Under the pieces are notes generated by a model. It searched no databases. It was not told the origin of the DNA and saw nothing but the letters and a program-made list of their open reading frames with translations. A stretch of 64,000 bases of DNA from Azolla caroliniana (Eukaryota; Plantae; Polypodiophyta). The stretch covers positions 124,001-188,000 of the forward strand of contig JBHGNT010000028.1 in the NCBI GenBank assembly GCA_043228905.1, written 5' to 3'. The first letter of the stretch is position 1. Each line of letters starts with the position of its first letter. A program made the position numbers and the translations under genes. Below are positions 11,666 to 19,900 of this stretch, one piece after another.

Positions 11666-14600
11666 ACTTCGGCATGGGATGTCTCTCCAGTCCGACCCTC
11701 TTCCGGCACGCTTCCAGCTTGTTGGGTGTGAGCACTTTGGTTAGCATGTCTGACCCGTTCTCGTCCGTGTGGATCTTCGTCAGCATGAACTCCTGGTCTT
11801 CTATCCTTTCCCGGATCCAGTGATATCTTCGCTGGATGTGCTTCGTCCGGGAGTGATAGGCCGCGTTCTTCGCAAGGTGGATGGCACTCTGACTGTCGCA
11901 GTAGAGTCGGTATTCCTCCTGTCGGATACCGAGCTCTCTAATGAAGTCCTTCATCCATATTATTTCCTTGCCGGCTTCAACGGCCGCCATGTACTCCGCC
12001 TCCGTGGTTGACAACGCAACCGTCTTCTGCAGCCTCGACTGCCACGAAACAGCTCCCCCTGCATACGTCATCACATACCCTGATGTGGACCGGCTGGTAT
12101 CTGCATCAGCCGACATATCCGAATCGGTGAAGCCGTCGAGTTCGGGCTTACCGGAGCCGAATCGGAGGCACACGTTTGCCGTGCCCTTCAGGTATCGGAG
12201 TATCCACTTGGCCGCGTTCCAATGCTCTTTGCCGGGATTGCTCATGTACCGACTCACCACTCCGACTGCATATCCTATGTCCGGTCGGGTACACACCATC
12301 GCGTACATCAAGCTCCCGACGGCTGAGGCATACGGCACTTTCATCATATCCTCCTTCTCAGCCTTTGTCTTGGGACTTTGCTTGCTGGACAGCTTGCAGT
12401 TTGCCGGGAGAGTCGACCCGACTGGTCTTGCTTCTGACATGTTGAACCGGTGAAGCACCTTTGTCACGTACTTCTCCTGTGACAGCCACAACTGCTTCTT
12501 CTTCCGGTCCCGGATGATATGCATCCCCAGTATTTGCCTCGCCGGACCCAGGTCCTTCATTGAGAAGGTTCGGTGAAGGGCCTTCTTCAGCATCCGTATC
12601 TTGACCTGGTCCCGTCCGACGATCAACATGTCGTCCACGTACAGGAGGAGTATTAGAGAGTCTCCTCCTTCGAACTCCTTCACAAACACGCAGTGATCGG
12701 ACTGCGTCTTGTGGTACCCTTCGTCGGTCATGAAGGAGTCGAACTTCCGGTACCACTGCCGGGGAGCCTGCTTCAGACCGTAGAGGCTCTTCTTCAACCG
12801 GCATACCAGGTGCTCCTTCCCTTTCTTCTCGAATCCTTCCGGTTGCTGCATGTAGATCTCTTCCTCGAGGTCACCGTGAAGGAATGCCGTCTTCACGTCC
12901 ATCTGTTCTACCTCGAGGTCCATGCTTGCCGCTATGCTCAGCACCGTCCGGATGGAGTTCATCTTCACTACCGGGGCAAATATCTCGTCGAAATCGACGC
13001 CCTTCTTCTGCTGGAACCCCTTCACCACGATCCTGGCTTTGTATCTCGGGGGGTTTCCGGCATCTCCCGGTTTCAGCTTGAACACCCACTTGTTTCGAAG
13101 TGCCCGCTTTCCTTTCGGCAACTCCACAAGTTCATATGTGTGGTTCTCATGCAGGGAATCCATCTCCTCCTGCATGGCACTTAACCACCTGCGGCTCTGG
13201 GTGTCGTGCTTTGCTTCTTCAAAGCTCTCCGGCTCCCCCTCGTCGGTTAGCAGCACGTGCTCTGGTTCCGGAAATCTCCGGGGGGCCCTTCTCTCTCTTA
13301 GAGGATATCTCCGTTCGGGAGCTTCGGTAACCGGTTCTTCCGATTCTTCTTCTTCATCCGAATTCATTTCGGGATCGGGGCCGGTTCCGGTATCATTTTC
13401 ATCTTCTTCGGCCGGTTCTGTTTCTTCACCGTCTTCGGCCGGGTCTTCGAGTGTTAACCGGTCCCTTGCCGGTCGGGACTGCTCCTCGTAGAGTTTATCC
13501 TCACCGGTCGACTTGGAGCTCTTCATCTTCTTCTCCGACTCCCAGTCGGCGAGCGTCTTGTCCTCCATGAAGATGATATCTCGACTCCTGAATATCTTCT
13601 TGTCGACCGGGTCCCATACTCGGTAGCCGAACTCGTCGTCACCGTAACCGAGGAATACGCATGGCCGGGTCTTTGGATCTAGCTTTCCTCTCCGGTCCTT
13701 TGCCACATGCACATATGCGAGACACCCGAACACCTTCAGATGCCGGTAGGACACTTCCTTACCGGTCCACACTTTCTGCGGCGTGTCTCCGTCCAAAGGT
13801 ACTGAGGGTGATCTGTTTATCACATACGTCGCCGTCGACATTGCCTCAGCCCAAAATCCCTTGGGTAATTTCGCATGCGCTAGCATACTCCGGACCCTCT
13901 CCATTATGGTCCGGTTCATCCTCTCGGCCAGCCCGTTCAGTTCCGGCGTCTTCGGCACAGTAAACTCGAGTCGGATTCCCTTCGAGCGACAGTACTCCTG
14001 GAACTGCCCCCGGTATTCCCCTCCGTTATCCGCTCGTATTGCTTTCAGCTTCTTGCCGGATTCTCTTTCCACTCTCGCGTGGAGTTCTTTGAAGACGCCC
14101 AACACTTGGTCCTTTGTCTTCAACGGCGCTGTCCACAGCTTCCGGCTGTGGTCATCAATGAATGTCACGAAGTACTGGGCTCCGCCATGTGACTTCGTTT
14201 CTACCTGACACACGTCAGTGTGCACCAACTCCAATGGTGCACTACGTCTCGTCGGTGGCCTTGAGTGGAAGGAGGTCCGGTTCTGCTTACCGGCCAGGCA
14301 ATCGGTGCACTTCTCCAGGTGCACATGCTTCACTGGAATGAGGTTGTCTTCTGCAAGCCTCTTCATCCCCTTCTTACTCATGTGGCACAGTCTCTTGTGC
14401 CACAGCTCACCGGCAGTGTCGGCTGCCACATTCAACTCCTCCGGACATAGCCGGGAATTCATCAGGTACAGTGTGTTGATCTTCCGGGCCCGAGCCACTA
14501 TCAGGCTCCCTTTGCTGAACTTCATGACACCGTTCCGGATGCTACCCGTGTAGCCTTCATCGTCTAGCCTCCCGGCCGAAATTAGGTTCAATCGAACCTC

Positions 14601-15740
14601 CGGAACGTGTCGAACATCCTTCAGCAGCATTTTGCATCCGGTCGAGGTTGTCAACCACACGTCTCCTATGCCGGCGATCCGGCACGTACCTTCATTTCCC
14701 ATCCGAACACAACCATGCTCACCGGCTGTGTAGGATGAGAAGTATTTCTTCTCCGGGGTCAGGTGGAACGACGCTCCGGAATCGACCACCCAGGTCATCT
14801 CTCCTCCGGCAAGGTTCAGCTCCCTCTCTTCAGTAATGAGCATGATCTCCTCTTCACTTGCCGCGAGTGCCGTCGTTCCTTTCCGGTCCTGCCCTCGCCG
14901 ATCCGAACCTCTCCGGTCCGTTGCTCCCCGGTATGCACCGTTTCTATCCGGTGACTTCTTCGAATCGGTGTCATCGGCTTCGATGTCCTTTCGGTAATGC
15001 CGACAATTCTTCCGGAAGTGCCCCGGCTTCCCACAGTGGAAGCATGTGGGTCTTCCTCTTGACTGCGACCGGGTCCCCGACTTCTCCCGTCTTTGCGGAC
15101 TCCGGTTCCATTGTCTTCCCCGTTCCGATTCCGTAAGCAGCGCCTTCGAGTCGGAGGCCGGTTCTTTATCTCTCCGACGCGCTTCTTCATTTAGAATACT
15201 TGTCTTTACCGTTTGTAGAGACAAGTTATCTTCGGTGCAGGAGGTGCTGAGAGTCACCACCAAGTTCTCCCAGCTGTCCGGCAATGTACACATCAAGATG
15301 ATGGCTTGCATTGCATCCTCCAACGGGAACTTGATCGCCGCAAGCTGGTTCACGAATCCCATGAACGTGCTTACGTGTTCCACCATACTCTCGCCGTCCC
15401 GGTACTTGAGGTTCACTATCTTTCTCATCAGGGAGGTCCGGTTCAACGCATTCTTCCTCTCGTAGAGGCCCGACAGCTTCTTCCACATCTCGTATGCGTT
15501 GGTGTCGTTCGCCACATGTTGTAGGACGCTTACATCGACATATTGCCGGATCGTCGCTACGGCTTTCCGGTTCAGAAGCCTCCATTCCGTCTCAAGTACC
15601 CCCTTCGGTATTTCCGACCTGTCAATCGGTTCGTACAGGTCCCGAACAATCAGAAGATCCTCCATCTTGATCTTCCAGTCGGCGTAGTTCTGTGCATTCA
15701 GCACCATCATGCCCGGAGGCCCACTACCGCCGCCTTCCAT
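11664..15740 (-). CDS. Copia Gag-Pol polyprotein, 1358 aa (Gag with CCHC knuckle, aspartic protease, integrase, reverse transcriptase, RNase H)
   Basis: Zinc knuckle CFHCGKPGHFRKNC (15003-15044); protease WVVDSGAS (DSG 14775-14783); integrase HHCC (WHKRLCH...CTDC) and DDE (VHTDVC / RADNGGEY / NGLAERMNRT) plus GY..GYR motif; RT KARIVVKGF, QMDVKTAFLHG, LYGLKQAPRQW, YVDD (12630-12641); RNase H DSD / AEY / CDSQSA / SDMLTK. No stops or frameshifts. ATG context is AAAATGG. Confidence 0.97.
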   Translation of the reverse strand: MEGGGSGPPGMMVLNAQNYADWKIKMEDLLIVRDLYEPIDRSEIPKGVLETEWRLLNRKAVATIRQYVDVSVLQHVANDTNAYEMWKKLSGLYERKNALNRTSLMRKIVNLKYRDGESMVEHVSTFMGFVNQLAAIKFPLEDAMQAIILMCTLPDSWENLVVTLSTSCTEDNLSLQTVKTSILNEEARRRDKEPASDSKALLTESERGRQWNRSPQRREKSGTRSQSRGRPTCFHCGKPGHFRKNCRHYRKDIEADDTDSKKSPDRNGAYRGATDRRGSDRRGQDRKGTTALAASEEEIMLITEERELNLAGGEMTWVVDSGASFHLTPEKKYFSSYTAGEHGCVRMGNEGTCRIAGIGDVWLTTSTGCKMLLKDVRHVPEVRLNLISAGRLDDEGYTGSIRNGVMKFSKGSLIVARARKINTLYLMNSRLCPEELNVAADTAGELWHKRLCHMSKKGMKRLAEDNLIPVKHVHLEKCTDCLAGKQNRTSFHSRPPTRRSAPLELVHTDVCQVETKSHGGAQYFVTFIDDHSRKLWTAPLKTKDQVLGVFKELHARVERESGKKLKAIRADNGGEYRGQFQEYCRSKGIRLEFTVPKTPELNGLAERMNRTIMERVRSMLAHAKLPKGFWAEAMSTATYVINRSPSVPLDGDTPQKVWTGKEVSYRHLKVFGCLAYVHVAKDRRGKLDPKTRPCVFLGYGDDEFGYRVWDPVDKKIFRSRDIIFMEDKTLADWESEKKMKSSKSTGEDKLYEEQSRPARDRLTLEDPAEDGEETEPAEEDENDTGTGPDPEMNSDEEEESEEPVTEAPERRYPLRERRAPRRFPEPEHVLLTDEGEPESFEEAKHDTQSRRWLSAMQEEMDSLHENHTYELVELPKGKRALRNKWVFKLKPGDAGNPPRYKARIVVKGFQQKKGVDFDEIFAPVVKMNSIRTVLSIAASMDLEVEQMDVKTAFLHGDLEEEIYMQQPEGFEKKGKEHLVCRLKKSLYGLKQAPRQWYRKFDSFMTDEGYHKTQSDHCVFVKEFEGGDSLILLLYVDDMLIVGRDQVKIRMLKKALHRTFSMKDLGPARQILGMHIIRDRKKKQLWLSQEKYVTKVLHRFNMSEARPVGSTLPANCKLSSKQSPKTKAEKEDMMKVPYASAVGSLMYAMVCTRPDIGYAVGVVSRYMSNPGKEHWNAAKWILRYLKGTANVCLRFGSGKPELDGFTDSDMSADADTSRSTSGYVMTYAGGAVSWQSRLQKTVALSTTEAEYMAAVEAGKEIIWMKDFIRELGIRQEEYRLYCDSQSAIHLAKNAAYHSRTKHIQRRYHWIRERIEDQEFMLTKIHTDENGSDMLTKVLTPNKLEACRKRVGLERHPMPK

Positions 15741-15755
15741 TTTCTGTGTTACCGT

Positions 15756-15767
15756 GCTCTGATACCA
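15756..15767 (-). promoter_or_regulatory. Primer-binding site complementary to the 3' end of initiator tRNA-Met
   Basis: Minus strand TGGTATCAGAGC, 3 nt (AAC) after the 5' LTR. This is the canonical plant copia PBS. Confidence 0.95.
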
Positions 15768-16047
15768 GTTTGTAGAGATTTGACGCTATCCAATCTTTCG
15801 CCTCTCGGCCACAACCGAGACAACGCGGATCAATACAACAGAAAATGGGAAAGAAAAAAAACAGAGAGACGACTACACAGGGTATAACGTGGAAAACCCT
15901 AAACGGGAAAAACCACGGGAGTGCACGACTCCAACTATCACTATACACTGGAATATACAATGGCGAGCTGCAAGGCGACGACCTTGAGCTCGCTGTCCTC
16001 GCCACAGGCGGCGGTATTACACAGAGGCGTCGACCTCTTCGTTTCTG

Positions 16048-16067
16048 TCTCTCTCTCTCTCTCTCTC
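16048..16067 (-). repeat. (GA)10 microsatellite in LTR (copy at 11268-11287)
   Basis: (TC)10 on the plus strand, same length in both LTRs. Confidence 0.9.
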
Positions 16068-16120
16068 GGCTGCTCTCACTTCTCATGAAAAATGAGCAAC
16101 ACCATAAACTGTTTGCCCTA

Positions 16121-16203
16121 AGTCATATTTATACACATATGACTTTCGGACTATTTACACATATAGCCTCAAGGGCTCTTGGCAAACATATTTATAAATA
16201 TGT
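16121..16203 (-). promoter_or_regulatory. Putative LTR core promoter with two TATA-like boxes (copy in 3' LTR at 11341-11423)
   Basis: Minus-strand TGTATAAATA lies at about 16126-16135, and TATAAATA also occurs inside the perfect palindrome ACATATTTATAAATATGT (16186-16203). Both lie downstream of the U3 repeats on the element's sense strand. Confidence 0.6.
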
Positions 16204-16208
16204 CCCCG

Positions 16209-16327
16209 CATCCGGATCTCTCTCCGGGTACATTCATCATCCGGCTCGGAGCCGGGTCTTCGTCATCCGGATCCGTATCCGGGTACTTCATCATCCGGAT
16301 CCGTATCCGGGTACTTCATCATCCGGA
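16209..16327. repeat. U3 tandem repeats of ~26-29 bp (copy in 3' LTR at 11429-11547)
   Basis: Two perfect copies of CATCCGGATCCGTATCCGGGTACTTCAT (16264-16291, 16292-16319), two degenerate copies before them and a partial copy after. Confidence 0.88.
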
Positions 16328-16433
16328 GAGTGCGCTCAACGGACCTGTATCTTCATCCGGTTCCGTAACCGTAACCGGGCTTGCCGTCATTCATCTCCGG
16401 ACATCCCATCCGGAGGGACCGAATATCCCAACA

Positions 16434-16438
16434 ATATG
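16434..16438. other. Target-site duplication, right copy (ATATG)
   Basis: ...CCCAACA|ATATG|AACATTTT; matches 10986-10990. Confidence 0.96.
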
Positions 16439-16906
16439 AACATTTTAATTTACCTACTAGCTCTCCCCAACTCACTCCTCAAATTTGCTAATTCCGTCAT
16501 GTCTCTCGACATGAGTTTCAAAATCTTGATTTTTTAATTCCATATCATAGCTAGCGTTGTTAGCTTCGATTCGCATGTTTGAACACAAAAATCCGATATC
16601 ACACTCGCCAGATATGAACATTTTAATTTACCTAGCAGCTCTTCCCAACTCACTCCTCAAATTTGCTAATTTCGTCATGTCTCTCGACATGAGTTTCAAA
16701 ATCTTGATTTTTTAATTCCATATCATAGCTAGCGTTAGCTTCGATTCGCATGTTTGAACACAGAAATCCGATATCACACTCGCCAGATATGAACATTTTA
16801 ATTTACCTAGCAGCTCTTCCCAACTCACTCCTCAAATTTGCTAATTTCGTCATGTCTCTCGACATGAGTTTCAAAATCTTGATTTTTTAATTCCATATCA
16901 TAGCTC

Positions 16907-19900
16907 GCGTTGTTAGCTTCGATTCGCATGTTTGAACACAAAAATCCGATATCACACTCGCCAGTTATGAACATTTTAATTTACCTACTAGCTCTTCGCA
17001 ACTCCCTCCTCATGTTGCTAATTTCGTCATGTCTCTCGACGTGAGTTTCAAAATCTTGATTTTTTAATGCCATATCATAGCTAACGTTGTTAGCTTCGAT
17101 TCACATGATTGAACACAAAAATCCGATATCACACTCGCCAGTTATGAACATTTTAATTTACCTACTAGCTCTTCCCAACTCCCTCCTCATGTTGCTAATT
17201 TCGTGATGTCTCTCGACCTGAGTTTCAAAATCTTGATTTTTTAATTCCATATCATAGCTAGCGTTGTCAGCTTCGATTGGCATGTTTGAACACAAAAATC
17301 CGATATCACACGAGCCAGGTATGATCATTTTAATTTACTCAAGGGCTCTTCTCAACTCCCTCGTCAAGGTTGCTAATTTCGTCATGTCTCTCGACCTGAG
17401 TTTCAAAATCTTGATTTTTTCATTCCATATCATAGCTAACGTTGTTAGCTTCGATTCGCATGATTGAACACAAAAATCCGATATCACACTCGCCAGTTAT
17501 GAACATTTTAATTTACCTACTAGCTCTTCCCAACTCCCTCCTCATGTTGCTAATTTCGTGATGTCTCTCGACCTGAGTTTCAAAATCTTGATTTTTTAAT
17601 TCCATATCATAGCTAGCGTTGTCAGCTTCGATTGGCATGTTTGAACACAAAAATCCGATATCACACGAGCCAGGTATGATCATTTTAATTTACTCAAGGG
17701 CTCTTCTCAACTCCCTCGTCAAGGTTGCTAATTTCGTCATGTCTCTCGACCTGAGTTTCAAAATCTTGATTTTTTCATTCCATATCATAGCTAGCGTTGT
17801 TAGCTTCGATTCGCATGTTTGAACACAAAAAACCGATATCACACTCACCAGATATGAACATTTTAATTTACCTACTAGCTCTTCCCAACTCACTCCTCAT
17901 GTTGCTAATTTCGTCATGTCTCTCGACCTGAGTTTCAAAATCTTGATTTTTTAATTCCATATCATAGCTAGCGTTGTAAGCTTCGATTCACATGTTTGAA
18001 TACAAAAATCCGATATCCCACTCGCCAGTTATGAACATTTTAATTTACCTACTAGCTCTTCCCAACTCACTCCTCAAATTTGCTAATTTCCTCATGTCTC
18101 TCGACCTGAGTTTCAAAATCTTGATTTTTTAATTGCATATCATAGCTAGCGTTGTTAGCTTCGATTCGCATGTTTGAACACAAAAATCCGATATCACACT
18201 CGCCAGATATGAACATTTTAATTTACCTACTAGCTCTTCCCAACTCACTCCTCAAATTTGGGAATTTCGTCATGTCTCTCGACCTGAGTTTCAAAATCTT
18301 GATTTTTTAATTCCATATCGTAGCTAGCGTTGTTAGCTTCGATTCACATGTTTGAACACAAAAATCCGATATCACACTCGCCAGATATGAACATTTGAAT
18401 TTACCTACTAGCTCTTCCCAACTCACTCCTCAAATTTGGGAATTTCGTCATGTCTCTCGACCTGAGTTTCAAAATCTTGATTTTTTAATTCCATATCGTA
18501 GCTAGCGTTGTTAGCTTCAATTCACATGTTTGAACACAAAAATCCGATATCACACGAGCCAGGTATGATCATTTTAATTTACTCAAGAGCTCTTCCCAAC
18601 TCCCTCCTCATGTAGCTAATTTTGTCATGTCTCTCGACCTGAGTTTCAAAATCTTGATTTTTTAATTCCATATCATAGCTAGCGTTGTTAGCTTCGATTC
18701 GCATGTTTGAACACAGAAATCCGATATCACACTCGCCAGATATGAACATTTTAATTTACCTAGCAGCTCTTCCCAACTCACTCCTCAAATTTGCTAATTT
18801 CGTCATGTCTCTCGACATGAGTTTCAAAATCTTGATTTTTTAATTCCATATCATAGCTCGCGTTGTTAGCTTCGATTCGCATGTTTGAACACAAAAATCC
18901 GATATCGCACTCGCCAGTTATGAACATTTTAATTTACCTACTAGCTCTTCCCAACTCCCTCCTCATGTTGCTAATTTCGTCATGTCTCTCGACGTGAGTT
19001 TCAAAATCTTGATTTTTTAATTCCATATCATAGCTAGCATTGTTAGCTTCGATTCGCATGTTTGAACACAAAAATCCGATATAACACTCGCCAGTTATGA
19101 ACATTTTAATTTACCTACTAGCTCTTCCCAACTCCCTCCTCATGTTGCTAATTTCGTCATGTCTCTCGACCTGAGTTTCAAAATCTTGATTTTTTAATTC
19201 CATATCCTAGCTAGCGTTGTTAGCTTCGATTCGCATGTTTGAACACAAAAATCCGATATCACACTCGCCAGATATGAACATTTTAATTTACCTACTAGCT
19301 CTTCCCAACTCACTCCTCAAATTTGGGAATTTCGTCATGTCTCTCGACCTGAGTTTCAAAATCTTGATTTTTTAATTCCATATCATAGCTAGCGTTGTTA
19401 GCTTCGATTCGCATGTTTGAACACAAAAATCCGATATCCCACTCGCCAGATATGAACATTTTAATTTACCTAGTAGCTCTTCCCAACTCACTCCTCAAAT
19501 TTGGGAATTTCGTCATGTCTCTCGACCTGAGTTTCAAAATCTTGATTTTTTAATTCCATATCATAGCTAACGTTGTTAGCTTCGATTCGCATGATTGAAC
19601 ACAAAAATCCGATATCACACGAGCCAGGTATGATCATTTTAATTTACCTACTAGCTCTTCCCAACTCCCTCCTCATGTTGCTAATTTTTTCATGTCTCTC
19701 GACCTGAGTTTCAAAATCTTGATTTTTTAATTCCATATCATAGCTAGCGTTGTTAGCTTCGATTCGCATGTTTGAACACAAAAATCCGATATCCCACTCG
19801 CCAGATATGAATATTTTAATTTACCTACTAGCTCTTCCCAACTCACTCCTCAAATTTGGGAATTTCGTCATGTCTCTCGACCTGAGTTCCAAAATCTTGA

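Larger units (their letters stand above)
10991..16433 (-). mobile_element. Full-length intact Ty1/copia LTR retrotransposon, 5,443 bp (Tto1/Tnt1-like, probably Tork lineage)
   Basis: Two 663-bp direct LTRs with TG...CA termini, a 5-bp TSD, PBS, PPT and a single polyprotein with the copia domain order PR-INT-RT-RH. The lineage call rests on my recognition of similarity to tobacco Tto1/Tnt1 (Gag start LNxxNYxxWKxKMxDLL, TLPDSWE, ILNEExRRR; RNase H DSDM) and is less certain than the copia call. Confidence 0.97.
15771..16433 (-). repeat. 5' LTR (663 bp)
   Basis: On the minus strand it starts TGTTGGGATATTC and ends ...AATCTCTACA, followed after 3 nt by the PBS. It is a direct repeat of 10991-11653 (offset 4780). 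Confidence 0.97.

Noticed and set aside
11065-11823. 252-aa plus-strand ORF through the LTR (230-aa twin at 15845-16537) as an antisense gene
   Set aside because: It runs through the microsatellite and U3 tandem repeats, has no recognisable domain and ends differently in the two copies. It is best explained by stop-poor repetitive sequence.
14375-14405. Integrase zinc-finger reads HKRLCH rather than the usual HxRLGH, suggesting inactivation
   Set aside because: Both His and both Cys ligands and the DDE triad are intact; one substitution is not evidence of lost function.
11769-15887. Numerous short ORFs overlapping pol on either strand
   Set aside because: These are shadow frames of a GC-rich coding sequence with no motifs; there is no evidence for an env-like or extra gene.
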